Assembly: GCF_009914755.1 (NCBI RefSeq)
Contig: NC_060929.1
DNA: 64,000 bases
Origin: the human T2T-CHM13v2.0 reference genome, Homo sapiens
Reading direction: 5' to 3' (one strand)
Shown here: in pieces, positions 16,911 to 31,177 of the stretch
Layout: the number at the start of each line of letters is the position of its first letter
Numbering within the stretch: position 1 is the first letter of the stretch
The notes under the pieces: generated by a model
Databases searched by the model: none
Seen by the model: the letters and a program-made list of their open reading frames with translations, nothing else
Told to the model about the DNA's origin: nothing
Made by a program: the position numbers and the translations under genes

Positions 16911-17092
16911 CAGAGTGGTTCCCAGGCTTTATGACTAGAGAAGCTACTCAGGGAGAAGGCTGAGATGAACCTTTCAGGTGCAGCCCCAGAGACTGGGATT
17001 TGGGAGGTCTGCAGTGGGCCTGGAGACTGTCATCAACAAGAATTCCAGGTAAATCTAACTCAAAGATCTAGAATGATCCTTTGACCAACAAT
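16911..17092. mobile_element. MER5-like hAT-Charlie MITE
   Basis: cagagtggttccca...gccccagagactgggatttgggaggtctgcagtgggcctggaga...aacaagaattccaggtaaatcta. Confidence 0.55.
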
Positions 17093-17159
17093 TAGGTGCT
17101 ATTGATTTTAGTCCACATCACCAAAGATGCCAACAGTGAGGTCCATGATGAAGGAGCTT

Positions 17160-17272
17160 TGAGTCTTGGTGACTATTCCTTAACTTCCTAAAGCCTTTAT
17201 GTAAAGTCTGTAAAGTGTTTAGCACAGTGCCTAGGCAAGGGAAGCACTTTTTGTGTCTTCATCATTGTTACC
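17160..17272 (+). mobile_element. MIR fragment
   Basis: tgtaaagtgtttagcacagtgcctaggca. Confidence 0.6.
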
Positions 17273-17385
17273 ATGCTGGTGAGGAGGATGAGGATGCCGT
17301 AGCCAAGAGCCCTTCCTTCATCCTGGAAGCTCTTCTTTCCATGCATGAAAAGGCACCCCTAATAGGTCATAACCTTAAGTAGATG

Positions 17386-17570
17386 CAGTGGACCTTCTGC
17401 CTGGCTGCATCTTAGACTCATCTTGGGGCTGTAAAACATTATAAATGCCTGGATTCTGACTTCATGTGCAGAGACCCAAATTAATTGTTCCTGGTAGATG
17501 GTAGGAACAGGTGGTTTTTAAAAGCTCTTGAGATCTATGAAATATAAATATAATAGTTGAAAACTACTCA
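17386..17570. mobile_element. MER5-like hAT-Charlie MITE
   Basis: cagtgg...ctggctgcatcttagactcatcttgggg...aatgcctgg...gtttttaaagctc...gttgaaaactact. Confidence 0.6.
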
Positions 17571-17728
17571 TGTCTAAAGCATGAGAGGAAATTGAGAGAA
17601 TTATAGGTGAGATTCAATTAATGATTAGATAATTCATTTGATTTTCCCCATTATCTAATTCAGTCCCACATACTAAGCCAGAAAATTTAGGAGACTGAAA
17701 CTGTTATACCAAACATTTAGGGGGAGAT

Positions 17729-18155
17729 GTGAAGACATATCATATAGGCTCAACTCTGGCCAGCTACAGGGCCTCTGGTTAGCTGACAGCCTCCAGCTGT
17801 TAACTCCTTCAGCCTCCTAACTGGGTCATATATTCTTGGGGGTGGCCCTCAGCCTGAGGTGGTGATAGTTGCCAGGGAATGTGCTTCTTATAGATGCCCA
17901 CAGCCAGTAGCTGGGAAAAATAGTTGGTTTAGCTCCCAGCCATATTTTGTTCAACTCTTCCAGCAGAAACACCTTGCATAAAGTTCCACACTGGCCTGGG
18001 AGAACCTTTTGACAGATCTGTGTCACATTCTGATGGCTCCCTCTGCCCAATTCTGCTTCTTCCTTACTTTTCCTTCCACAGGTATTACTCCTCCAAAATT
18101 TCTTGTGCTTCTAGCTCCATCCCTGTCTTCCTCCTGGAGAACCCAACCTATAATG
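17729..18155 (+). mobile_element. LTR16A-like ERVL solo LTR
   Basis: tagctgacagcctccagctgttaactccttc, ggtggccctcagcc; 3' end ctccctctgcccaattctgcttc...ctggagaacccaacct. Confidence 0.65.
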
Positions 18156-19678
18156 GGGACATCTGGATGAGCAGACCCACTGAAACACAGAAGAAATCTA
18201 ACGCACTTACAAATCAGAAAAAGCCAGTGGGGTAAGGGAGGGAAGATACTAGAACTCAAACTAGTGGGTGACAGGCCGTGGAGATACATCTTCTCTTTTT
18301 ATTCACGTTGACAGTTCTGCAGAATAGATATTGTGAATTCTACTTGGTAGATACTAAACCTGGGAACTCCAGAGGTCTAGAAATGTACTGTGTCATGTAA
18401 CTTATAATAGGTGAGTAAGAATATGATCACAGGCATGTCCAGAACTAAAGCTTATATTTTGCCCTCTACACTACATTGTTTCTAGATCCTCCATTTCATA
18501 ACAGTTTTATCCTTGTCTGAACTCCCACTGCATTAACCATAATCTGAAGAGTTCCCTTTGAACAAATTTGCATCATCCTTAAAGACTTCCTATGGCCAGA
18601 TATAAACACACCCTGGACTATAATTGTAAATGCTTTAAAGTTAAGGACTACCTTTTATGTTTCTTGTGTAGCCTGAGCTTAACCTAGTAAACAATGTGCC
18701 CTCTGTCCATGCTTATTAACCACATGAATAATACATACATAATACGGATGGTCTTGTTCAGAGAATTGGATGATGTCAATGGTGTGTAAACATGCAGAAT
18801 ACACTGGATAGCATCCTATTGTTTAGCATTTATTAATGGATTTTCCCTCCAGAAGCAAAAGTGTGTAATATGCATGTTATGTGAATGACACACCTGGCCA
18901 AGTTTGGCTTACTCACCTGACATCACTCTTCTGTTGTTTCTGGTCTTTTCCTGAACAAATAAAACCTTGGTGTTGTCAGAAGTAACCCTACCTCCCCTCC
19001 CTTCAACACAGCAGAGCAGCCTTGACGTGGCTTCTGATCAGGACTTATGTCCTCCTTCTTGTTTCCCCAAGCACAAAGACATGGCTGCCTCATGACAAGG
19101 TGGGACCCATGAGCTCTTTAGGTCTGCAGGTGGACCACTCAGACGACCCTGTCCTTCTGTTTATTTCTGACTCAGAACTGCCAACCAATTGCCCTTGGAC
19201 ACAAATACTAATTAGTTCATTTATTCATTTAGTGAAAATTGAGAGCATAACTTGGGTCATGTTCCTATTTAACTGCTGTTGCTACGAAAATATCAAACTC
19301 AGAAGCTTGTTTAATATTTGGGGCTGGACTCAATGTCCACCAATTTCCTCTGATTTTAAAAAAATGAGTTACCTGGAAGAATTTGTTTTCACCTGCCCAT
19401 GTCTGTCTGGGATGTGGTTCACAGTAAGTGATGTGTTTCCATTTACAAGTCCAGAATTACAAAGGTTCCATTCTTCTAGCCCAAGCATGAGCAGGATCTG
19501 GCCATTCTGAGGGGTTCTAAGTACTTCAGTGTCCTGCCTCCCACCAGGATGTAGCCTAGAAGGAAGAAAGGGAGGGTCACACAAACTACTTAGGAAAGTG
19601 GGCTAGAGGCAGAGCTTCCAGGATCTGAAAATGCATAATCTGTCTATGGGGAGATGATGGAGAGAGGAAAGCCTACAT

Positions 19679-20020
19679 TTTTTATTTAACTTTCACTTTA
19701 GGTTCAGAGGTATATGTGAAGGTCTGTTACACAGGTAAACTCATGTCACTGGGGTTTGTTTTTTTCATCACCTAGGGATTATGTCCAATACCCAGTAGTT
19801 ATCTTTTCTGCTCTTCTCCCTCCTCCCACCCTCCAGTCTCAAGTCGCCCCCACCGTCTGTTGTTCCCTTCTTTGTGTTTATAAGTTCTCATCACTTAGCT
19901 CCCACTTAGAAGTGAGAACATGTGATACTTGACCTTCTCTTGCTGTGTTAGTTTGCTGAGATTAATAGCCTCTAGCTCCATCCATGTTCTCACAAAAGAC
20001 ATGATCTCATTCTTTTTTAT
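19679..20020 (-). mobile_element. L1PA13-16-like 3' end fragment
   Basis: ttaggttcagaggtatatgtgaaggtctgttacacaggtaaactcatgtc...ttagctcccacttagaagtgagaacatgtg. TSD approximately aagc(c/g)taca(t/c)ttt. Confidence 0.85.
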
Positions 20021-20599
20021 AAGCGTACACTTTTCAACTGTATCTTGAGGAATGAGCAAGTATTTGCCAAACATAGAAGAAAATGAGGGCATGTGAGGAA
20101 GGGAGGTTGGCTTGACCAAAGTATTAGAGACCATGGCTTGTGGACATGTAGGGTTCAGTATCATTTAAAAGGGTGGTGCATTGTGTTGGAGTCAGTGATT
20201 CATCCTATCTGTCCCAGCCCATCTCTTCCATAGAGGCAGAAATGCTCAAAGCTCCTACATGGTTTGATTCTTCAGCATTTGATAAAAACCATATAAAGTT
20301 GTGATGGGTAACTGCGAATGTTATATTTGGAATCCAGAGAAGGGTTCTGCATATACGTGCTTTCACAATATAATTAATTGGTTCAAATGTAATTGAACTA
20401 CTGAGGTCTGTGAAAAGAGTTTGGACACAAGTTAGAAAGCTGTAGCAGAGTTAGTACTCAGAGCCCTGATGGACCAGTCTTTCCACACCTGGCACTCACC
20501 TGCTCAGCCCTTAGGTCCAGGAAGTGTTACAGGTACACCAAGATATTGATGCCTTCCAACTTGGAGAAGGCTTCTACTCCTGCAGCCATCACAAACAGC

Positions 20600-21160
20600 T
20601 TTGTTTCCCAACGAACCATACAAACAATATTATTTCCTGTGGTTGTCATCATTGGGAAGCCCTGACTTAGGAAAATCCCTACACCAGGAGACCTGGACAG
20701 AAATAGCCATAGCAGCACTGTTGGTGCTAGCAAAAAACTGGAAACATCACATATGACAATCAATGGAATAACATGAAATTCAGGATTACAAAGGGACATT
20801 GTATAGTGGTGAAGACTAAGAAATCTTGGTTATCTGCATGACAAAATAAAAATGAAAAATAGCAAGTCACACAAGAATGTATATCTTTCCATTTGCCTCC
20901 AGGTCAAACCACACAATGCTAAGTGACACTGCAACCATGTCTTTATGTGGCAAAATCATAAAAGAAAGGGGGGTAATAATCGTTACCCAAAGCAGAGGAC
21001 AATGGGTAGGAAGAGCGTTCAGAGTAGACATCAAAACTGCTGATGAGGTTGTGGGTAAATTTGGGTGGGAGGTAACATAACATTTTCATTTCATTACTTT
21101 ATATTCAGTACATATGTTTAATACCATATTATTTATGTATTTATTATTTATTAATAAAAC
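20600..21160 (+). mobile_element. L1ME-like 3' end
   Basis: atagcagcactgttggtgctagcaaaaaactggaaaca; AT-rich terminus ending attaataaaa. Confidence 0.55.
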
Positions 21161-22186
21161 AGATAACTTGTGTTGAACTCAAAAGACACAAACAAATACA
21201 AATAAGAGTAAATTACTGGCCCTTGCTAAACTACATTTTAAGATAGCTGGGCGGGTCACTCGGGCCACGTTGTGCATATGCACAGACACCTGCAGATACA
21301 CACATACACAGTAACAAGGTAGGCCGCTACGTTTAGATGCTAATATGTTACGATAGGAATGTGTTGGTAACAGGTGAGAGGATGAAGACAACACACTGTG
21401 ATTCACAGCAGAACTCAGGAAGTGTGCTGACTTTCTTGGGCAATGCCTGGAGCCAAATTTGAAATGGTACCTCTACAACCAGGGTTTGAACATTGGATTG
21501 GGGGTCAGACAAGACAGGAGCCTCTGTATAAGACCAGGGAGTAGTTTTGGTGCCTTCCTGGTAAAAGGAACAGAAAGAGTGAAGAAAAGAGTGAGTGGTA
21601 GAGAATGGAAGCCAGGGAGATGGCAGAAAACTGCTTACTGCTCTATAAACCCTTCCCTGCCACCATTGAACCTTCAGTAGGAGCTTCGAAACTCATGTGA
21701 TGCTTGATGTAACTTGTTTGTTTTTGTTTGTTTCTTTGAAAACAGGAACAAGTGAGAGGACTGAGACTGCATTTGTTCAACAGTGAAAGAAGCACATCCC
21801 GCCTCGCGTAGACAGGACTTGGTGAGTCTAACCCTAGGGATTGATAAGAGAAATAATGGGGAGGACTGTGGACATCCTAGGCATAAAAGAAATAAGGAGC
21901 CCAATATCTGGGAAGCAAGAAAGCCTTAGCTGACATCTGAGGGTCAGGCATGACATATGCTCTTAAACATTCATGCAGAGAAACAATAGGTTTAAGTTCT
22001 GACCCACTGCTGAGATGTGAAGCTGAAGGATCCACACTAATGACATGCAGTCCAGGACCCTCATCTCTCTGGCTTCTGTTGACTTTCCTGTGTGACTCTC
22101 TAAATCTTTTCATGGGTGCGGATTTGTTTATGATCTATGAGGTATCCCAGCCCAGTTCTTACTGTGCAGAAGGCAAATTATGAGTC

Positions 22187-22540
22187 TAATATGGTCTGGC
22201 TGTGTCCACAGCCAAATCTCATCTTAAATTGTAGCTCCCATAATTCTGATGTGTTGTGGGTGGGACCCAGTTGAATCATGGGGGTGGGTCTTTCCCAAGC
22301 TATTCTTATGATAGTGAGTAAGTCTCATGAGATCTGATGGTTTTATAAATGGGAGTCCCCCTGCACAAGTTCTCTTGCCTGCCACCATGTGAGACATGAC
22401 TTTGCTCCTCATTCACCTTCCAACATGATTGTGAGGCCTCCCCAGCAATGTGGAACTGTGACTCAATTAAACCTCTTTCCTTTATAAATTACCCAGTCTC
22501 AGCTATGTCTTCATTAGCAGTGTGAGAACAGACTAATACA
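22187..22540 (+). mobile_element. THE1B MaLR solo LTR
   Basis: taatatggtctggctgtgtccacagccaaatctcatc...gcagtgtgagaacagactaataca. TSD gagtc/gagcc. Confidence 0.93.
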
Positions 22541-25055
22541 GAGCCTTAACCAAATCCACTGCTTTCCCTAACTGGGATGTAGGTGGCTGAGAGGCAGCCC
22601 AGTCTCAACCCTGGTTATACATCCTTTAGCCAACCACATAGACTGTGGCCATGGATCCAGGCAGAAAGCAGGAGGCAGAGGACCAGGGGAAACAGAGGTC
22701 TGTGCCTGAAGATGAGGCGGGAAGGAGTGGGCACTAACCACAGGGCACAGGAGGGGCTCTGATTCCTTAGATGGGGATGTGTCTTAGGACACAGGACAAA
22801 GCTCAGGCACCAGAGCAAAGGACTGATCACAAGAGAAGATGTCAAAGGCCAGGTCACTCAAATTGGGTGAGAGGTGAAGGCCAGGAGGGCCCCAGAATTG
22901 GAGGAACTAGAGGTGTGGGTGAAGGGGCCCCAACTCTGAGAGTTAGAAGGTCCCAAAGACAAGCTTCCAGGTGAACCACTGCAGGTCAGCAACACAACAA
23001 ATCCCAAGACAACTGGCTTGTATCCAAGTCATGCAGAGAGAAATGAATGCTGCCCAGAGATACTGAAAAATGCCAACACTATGTAATTAATACAATTTCT
23101 AATTGAGGAAAAAATTATAGTTTAACTCAAAAAGCAGCAGCTCATTATGAAAATTGCCTTTTAAAGACCCAATTTACCAAGGACAAGTGAAGGTCTCTAC
23201 GGTTGAAACTATTTTTCACTTTGAACCAGTGTTCTTTTGCAGAGGACAAAGTCAGATTTTAGAAATTAATTAAATGTTCATATTGAATCTTTAAATGAAA
23301 CTCTAAATTCCACTAATTAAGCTTAGAGAACACTTACAATATGAAGGGTCAGATGTTTCCCCTAAAATTCCAGAAAGATATTTAGGCATTCAAATAATTA
23401 ACCACTGGAGGTTTTATTCCTGGCAAAAATACATGAAAAATGCTGTCGATAAAAGCCTTTACATTAATTTGTGACAATTAAAATCAACTTCTACTGGGCT
23501 CAAACCTTTATAACTTTACGTGCCACCTGCTAATTGTAGACAACGCTCAATGTTTTATCACTCCTGGTTCCTTCACAAGTGAACCCTGCAGCTCACCCAC
23601 TCATTCACCCAACTTCCTTCATTTAGCAGGAGGTCCTATTACCCTCTGCAGCTGCCAGTGTCAGAGCTGGGTTCCTGTAAAGAAGTCCAGGCTAAAGCCA
23701 CAGAGACTGTTGTGGAAGTGAGTCTGGCTGTAGTTGGAGAACAGCGTGATTGGACCCTTCCTATTTGTCTGTCCTGGGCCAGTTGGTGGGTGATCTCTGC
23801 CGCATCCAACATGGGAGCAAAGAGAAACTGGCAGGCAGAGGTGGAACATGGTGAGAAGTGGAGCTCACTTTTCCCATTCCTCCTAACACAGTTCTACTAT
23901 GCTAGAAGTGACAGCCAGTGGCCACAGCTAGAAAATAATCTGCAGTGTGACTTAACCTGTGTATGACATTCCAGCAGACCACTGAACCAGACAGCTGAAG
24001 CCAAAATCATTGCTCTACTGTGTATTTACTGCTGTGTGAAGCTGATTCCACTTCGGGTCTCTGCTTAAATTCCTGTCATTAAATGGAAATGTGTTTGGTT
24101 TTAAACTTAAAAAAAAAAAAAAGACAGTGTAGGAATGTTCACACATACTTTCTAGTTCAGGAAAGACATCCTCTTTCTTATCCAAATTTTCCTTTCGACT
24201 TTCTCGACTTCATTTTAAGTATGAAAGGGTTGCACATTTAGTTACTTTTATTATATTTTTCTGGGGCTGAGTATTTGAATTAAAAGCAGGAAATTGGGTC
24301 TACAATGACAACACTGGTTTAACCTCAAAATTGTTCTCAAATGTTAAACATATTTTAGGGTTTTGCTGGATTCAGAAATCCAGAACGTGCATAGGACATA
24401 CTTGAACATCAAGATTTTTGATACGTGGGTTTAGCTAACATAATGCTAATGAGGATGATAATGATGGATGGTAAATAGATGAACAAGCATCTGCTTTCCA
24501 TTCATTCCAACTGCTTAATGATTTAGCACTTACTAACGTCAGCCAAGATGGAAAAATGAAAAAAAAATACTTTTTTGTTGTTCATATTGACTTTTATTTG
24601 GTCTCCAAGGATCAGTTTCTTCATAATTACAATTTCAGATATTCTTGTCTCAGGAAGTTAGTAAAGACTGCATTGATTCTTCATAAATGTCTCATTAGCA
24701 AAGCATCATGCCCTCAGCATCTCTGAAAAGGCATTTTCTTATCTGAAGGCTAAGGCAGAGAGAATCATAAGAACATTGCTTCTCATCATACAGCTGCTCT
24801 AAGAGACATTAGCTCTACCCATCCTAAGCATTATTTCAACTTATTATTGATGTTCATGACAGCTATGGTGTTACCTAACAACATCCTTAGGAGTATCCTT
24901 TAGTAAGAATAACTCCATTTAAAAACCATAAAAGAAATTGCAAGAAGTATATTTTGGCTAATTACATGTTTCAAAAAGGGAATGAAAATATTATAAACCA
25001 AGATAAAAATAATCTGATTAGTCTCTAATTGTGGGATTATGCAGCTGCTGCTTTT

Positions 25056-25232
25056 GAAAAGAAGGAAGGAGGGAAGGAGAAGGGGGGGAAGTAGGAAGCA
25101 AGAAAGGGAGGGAGGGAGGAAAGAAGGGAGGAAGGAAGGGAGGGAGGGAGGAAAGAAAAAGAAGGAAGGAAGGAAAGAAGGGAGGGAGGGAGGTAGGGAG
25201 AGAAGGAAAATATAAAAAAGAGAAAAAGAAAG
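25056..25232 (+). repeat. (GGAA/GGGA)n purine-rich low-complexity tract
   Basis: gaaggaaggagggaaggagaagggggggaag...gggagggagggagg. Confidence 0.9.
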
Positions 25233-25589
25233 ACGTTAAGAAAACATACGACTTTCTATGCTGAAACACAGTCAAGAGATAAACATTGCTTTCCATATGC
25301 CCAGGAAATGTTTATCTTTAGATTTGGCTGGTGTTAATCACTGCAGCCTTATAAAGCTGTTTTTCCAATTTCCATCCTGGTGGAAAGGAGAATGGAAGTG
25401 TCCTAAGTAATGCATGATGATTTGGAAATAGCCCATTTCCTCTAATGGATTCAAAGTGGGAGCTACAATATTAACAGTTAACACATCACTCTTTTATTTC
25501 TATGCCTGTCAAATCTCTTTGTTTTATTATTTAAGGGAACCCTTAACTCTCATCTTCCCTGTGAAAGTTTATTTTAAAAGCAGTTTAAG

Positions 25590-26947
25590 CTGATATCAAA
25601 ACCAGACAAAGACATCCAAAGAAAACTACAGACAAATATCTCTTTTGAATACAGACACAAAAATCTTTACCAAAATACTAGTGAACCCAAAACAGCGACA
25701 TATAAAAGCAATCATATACCATGATCAAGTAGGATTCATCCTAGGAATACAGGGGAGGTTAATATCAAAATTCATTAATGCAATACACTTTACCAATAGA
25801 AATAAAGACAAGAGAAACATGATCATATTAACTGATACATAAAAATTATTTGACAAAATCTGAGATCCCTTCATGATAAAAGCACTCAGCAAACAAGGAA
25901 TAGAGGGAAACTTCCTCAATTTCAGAGCATCTATTTTTTTAAAATGTTAATATCAGACTTGAAGGTGAAAGATTAGAGGCTTTCTCCCTAAGATCAGCAA
26001 CTAAACAAGGCTGTCCATACTTATTACTTCTATTCAGCATTGTACTGGAGGTTTTAGCAGTGCAGTTAGTCAAGAGGACAAAATTAAAAGTATCCAAATT
26101 ATAAAGAAAGAAGTAAAGCTATCTCTATTTGCAAATATCAGGATTTTGTATATAAAAAAACCTTAAGGTATTCAGCAAAAATCTATTAGAACTAACAAAA
26201 GAGGTTAGCATGGTTACTGGATGCAAGCTTAACATATAAAAGTCAATTGTACTTCTGGACATTTGTAATGAACAATCTAAAAATGAAATTAAGAAGTAAA
26301 TTCCATTTATAATAACATCAAAAAGAATAAAATTATCAGAAACAAATTCAAAAAGAAGTGTAAAACTTATATTCTTATACTAGAAAATATTTTTGAAAGA
26401 AAACAAAGAGTATCTAACTAAATGTAAAAACACCCGATGTTTATGGATCAGAAGACTTAATAATGTTAAGATGAAAATACTCTCCAAATTGGCCTACATA
26501 TTAAATGCAAGCCCTGTCAAAATTCCAGCTGGCATTTTTGAATTGACAAAGTGATCTTGAAATTCATATAGAAATGCAAAGGACTTTGAATAAGCAAACA
26601 ATCCTGAAAAAAAAAACAAAGTTGAAGGACTCATATTTCCCAATATAAAAGTATAAAACAATAGAAATCTAGACAGCATGGTATCGACATAAGAACAGAC
26701 ACATAGAGTAATGGATAAAATTGAGAGTCCAGAAATAAACCCTCTCACATTTATAATCAATTGATTTGTGACAAAGTTTCCAAGACAATTCAATGGGGAA
26801 AGAAAATTCTTTTTAACAAATAATGCTGGGACTACTGATTATCCACGTGCAACAGAATGAAGTTGGATCATTGCCTCACATCATATTCAATAATTAACTC
26901 AAAATGGATCATCCACCTAAATGTAAGAGAAAAAATTATAAAACTCC
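25590..26947 (+). mobile_element. L1MB-like ORF2 (RT region) fragment
   Basis: ORF 25645 [14 protein letters not shown]...[12 protein letters not shown] is L1 ORF2-like; continues to aattaactcaaaatggatc...cctaaatgtaaga. Confidence 0.88.
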
Positions 26948-27126
26948 CCCTAGTAGTCCTAAATAACTGAGTGTCAGAGATGCAATGTCTTCTATGGGAG
27001 AGATGCATTCACTTCGCCACCTGTAGGTGACTTTAGAAAGATTCCTTCCGAAGGATTCACCTAACAGGGAATTTGTTAAATCCATAAGGGCTTCAAAGAG
27101 ACATGGCAATGACTCTTATGTTTTAC

Positions 27127-27425
27127 TTATTTATTTATTTTTTAAGACAGAGTCTCACTCTGTCGGCCAGGCTGGAGTGCAGTGGTGCCATTTTGGCTCA
27201 CCGCAGCCTTTTCCTCCCAGGTTAAAGCAATTCTCCCACCTCAGCCTCCTGAATAGCTGGAATTACAGTGTGCACCACTATGCCTGGCTAATTTCTATGT
27301 TTTTAGTAGAGTTGAGGGTTTCACCATGTTGGCCAGGCTAGTCTCAAACTGCTGACCTCAAGTGATCTGTCTGCCTCGGCCTCCCAACGTACTGGGATTA
27401 CAGGCATAAGCCACTGCACCTGGCC
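27127..27425 (-). mobile_element. Older Alu (AluSz/Jb-like)
   Basis: Full reverse dimer; ctcccacctcagcc and gacctcaagtgatc. Confidence 0.9.
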
Positions 27426-29289
27426 TATGGCCCTTAGATTTTTAATGTTGTCAAGTTGGGACATTGTTTGTTTATTCATTTTTGGTTCATGGAGAGAATT
27501 ACCTATTGAATGCCATAAAATATGTAGCATTTTTCCTTTGCTCCCCTCTACTACATTACTTTTTTTTTTCAGTGTAGACATTTACTTATGGAGCACTGGA
27601 GCAAATGGAAAATAAATTCAGGCAGGTCTGAATAACCAGACATAAAGCAAATAATCAATGCAATTACTTGTGCAGCTCAACCAGAGAAAAATATCCCCCT
27701 CCCCATTAAAATGTAAACAGTCATAATGATTGCAGCAGTAGGAGATATATTTTATTTTTAAACCATTAACATTAAAACTTATCTTCAGAGTTTTGCAGGA
27801 GTGGGTGTAAGTGTCAGGTTGAGGTGGGGGAGGGGCCTCCAATAGACCTTCAGGTGTTTCCATTTAAAACCTTGCTAAACTGAATGCCAGGCCCATGGCC
27901 CTCTTCTGAGGTTATCTTCCCTGCTCCTGTTGAAGAACCACGTCCCTGATTTTGTCCTGTGTAACTTTGCTCCTATTCTCCCAGTCAGTCGTTGACCCTT
28001 ACCCAAGAATGGCCACAAGCTGACCAGCAGCTTTCCACGTGACCTCCACTGGAAAGCTCTGCAGAACCAGAATGACAGCGATGAGGTGGGCCAATGAGAT
28101 TCTCTTTTAGAAGAGGAAACTAAGAAGCAGAGACAAGTGAACATCAACTGTGGGAGCAGAAACATGTTTCTTTGCATTATGCCTAGTACTTTATGCAACC
28201 AAAGTACGTATCACTTCCTCACAATCAAAAGAATATGATCAAAACTAAACAGATGATCAGGTAAAGGCTCTTGAAAGGATCTTGCTTAATTATTGAATGG
28301 GAAATGACTTCACTGACTGTTTCAGTGACAGTGAAATAAGTCACATAGCAGGAGTGATGTTTTGAAGTTGAGTCATTAGACTACAATATTAAAACCATAT
28401 AAACAGATATTCAGAAATTATGAGGAGCTATAATTCTAAGAGACAGTTACAAAACTGCCAAACTTCCTTTGGATTATAGTTATTACATCCAAATTGAATG
28501 AGAAATACAGGTTACAAAGGACAAAGTCAAAGAGCAAGAAAAGCAAGATGACTTAACCAGTGACTTTAAAATCTTCTAATTTGTATCAGTAAGTTGAAAC
28601 TGTGGGAAAATGTGGTAGATGACTTCCCAAATTGCTCTAGGTTGTCATGTGGGTTGAATTTTATTTCTGATATTCCTCGCCTGAACATTTGGAAGAGTCT
28701 TTTCTGAGAGACATGTCCTTGTGTTTTCACTCAGTTTGTACTTTCTGAAATAGGTTCCTTGACTTGACCTTCATTGATGACTAAGGGCTGTGCAGTTGTT
28801 GCACTTCGGTATGGTAACCACAATGAATTCCAACAGCATTCCCAAGTGTAGAGGGTCCTGTCCAGCACATGCTCATCTCCTGTTTCTTCATGTGGTTCAT
28901 GGCACCCACCCTGCCTGTCCTCAGTCATTGACTCTTTAAGACAGGTAGCCCTGGGCCTACCTTTCTCCCTGGTTACTAAGGGTCATAAAAATTCTAATTT
29001 TTAACACTAACACAAGCACTATACACAGGTCACAACCAATCTTCCAGCAGATGGAATTTATTTGGTTACTGAATACATTCAATTATAATAATTACAATTT
29101 TATTTCTAGCTTTAATATTTATACAGATGCCAGAAACTACGTTAAATTTGAGTTTATATGAAGGCAAAAGAGATAAGACTGAAAATCTCATACTGAAGTG
29201 GCCAAAGTTTGTTTCTAATTTTACTTTATGAGTAAATGCATGACCATTACATAAAAAAATTGAGACATAGGCTCACCACCTAAATCCAA

Positions 29290-29410
29290 GCACTAGTGGT
29301 TACCAGAGGCTAGGAATGGTAGAGGGAAGCGGGAGATCAAGAGAGACTGATTAGTGGGTACCAAAATACAGTCAGAAGAAACTAGACCTAGTGGTTAATA
29401 AATCAATGGT
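29290..29410 (+). mobile_element. L1MA 3' UTR fragment
   Basis: tagtggttaccagaggctagg...gattagtgggtaccaaaatacagtcaga...agacctagtg. Confidence 0.65.
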
Positions 29411-30094
29411 AGCATTTTCTCTCCTGAGTTTTATTTTAAAAATTATCATCCAACCTCATAATATGTATTAGGAGATACAATTACATTCAACTTTACAGTA
29501 GAATCTTACCATACCACCTCTTTCAGTGACAAAAATAGAATTGGATAAAACTCTTTTGAAGACATATCCAGCATTTTCTATGGAAAGAAATAATGGACAA
29601 ACATTAATTGTAAAGTGTGTCTCATCACAGTAAATGAAATGCAAGGGGATGGAGAACAATTTTTTTAATTAGAAATCTTTATTACCAATGGATTGACTGA
29701 AAATATCCTTTTATAATAACACTGGCAGATTCATCTTCCAATTAGAAGATAAGTAGATCTTTTCATAAGTGAATGATCTTAGAAAAAAATAACTGCTAGG
29801 GATTCTTAAGTCTGCTTCAAAATTGTTAATTTCAACAAACATGTACCTACATTAGACTTGCCTTATAAATGTTCTGTGAGGAGCAAGATCCCACGGTTCT
29901 CCCATAAAAGTGAAAACTTTGATTTAGACTTGAGCTTTAGAAATATATTTGGGTAAACATCATTAAAATTTCTTTGGAAAACAACATCATTATCTAGAAC
30001 AGAGACAATAATATATGGTTTTTTTGTATAAGCAAAAAGTTGGTAGGTTTGATGAGAGTTGTGCTTAAACTCCAGCAGCTTCCATTAAACCTAA

Positions 30095-30136
30095 AGGATT
30101 TATATGAGACGAGCAGGATTTATATACAAGACGAGC
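30095..30136. repeat. Short tandem duplication (about 20 bp x2)
   Basis: aggatttatatgagacgagc / aggatttatatacaagacgagc. Confidence 0.8.
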
Positions 30137-31177
30137 CAGTTTTCTTTCTTTTTTCTTTCTTTCTTTCTTTCTTTTTTTTGTCCACAGACCACACTGCTTT
30201 AGCACCTGGGCAACTTTCGATCAATATTGATCATGAGAAACACTAGAGAGAAAGGTTGACAGTCTATAGATCTCAGATAAAGACAGGCAAAGAGGTAGAA
30301 AGCCAACCCAAAAAGAAAACAGTATGGTTGGTTACTCCATAATGACAGAAGCTGATTACATCCCCTTTAGAATGAATTAGGCTAATGACACACTTATAGA
30401 GTATAGCCTCATAGGTATTGTGGATTTGGAACTAGGCTTATACAGCTACTAAAATTATCAAGAAATCATATTTAAATGCAAAGCATAATATAATTCAAGA
30501 GTTAATTGTTCTTATTTAATCAAACAACATAGTTATTTAACACAATTGAAGTAGTATGACATACATAAGTTGTTTTTTAATAGCATGTTTTTTAATTTTT
30601 TGCCTGAAAAAAATAGAAAACTAATTTTTTTCTTTAAATTCAGGTTAATTAGGAGTTCAGAGGAGGCAGAAGAAAGCCAGATTTTATTTTAAATTTGTCA
30701 ATGAGATGGTTTAAAGGCAGAAAAGTTGTAACAAATAATTAAGAGTTGGCTCCATTGTTAGTACTCACTGGAATTATTAACTGAAAATGTATTACATTAT
30801 TAAACTCAAAATCAACTAAATTTTATATAATTTATGAAGTTCATCCTACCTTTTCCCTTTTCTTTTATACGTAACCCCTTACATATATGAAAACATTTAG
30901 AACAAGTTTTAAATTAAGTTTAGATTTATAAATTCCCATGACAGTAAATCATTTCAATACTAGAAAACATTTTAATGTGAGAATTTTCACAATTCATTGT
31001 TTGTTGATGACACTGAGGTAGTTGCAAATTGCATATAAATGTTGAGAAAGAGAATTTTTGGTAGTGAGATAAATCCATTACTTAATTTTCAGTGTCTGAA
31101 AGGATCTCATTGGGGTCTGCAAAATCCTATTATCCTCTCAAGTCTCATTCATCTTAGTCAAGGAAAATGCTACAGCC

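Noticed and set aside
19022-19510. 162-aa ORF in non-repeat DNA
   Set aside because: Non-ATG start, no recognisable domain and no exon-like boundaries.
28825-28880. Minus-strand tgtgctggacaggaccctctacacttggga, loosely like a semaphorin PSI motif (C..AQDPYCGW), as a possible second SEMA5A exon remnant
   Set aside because: Only about 12 bp match well, it needs indels, there is no convincing acceptor and no extension. Compatible with chance.
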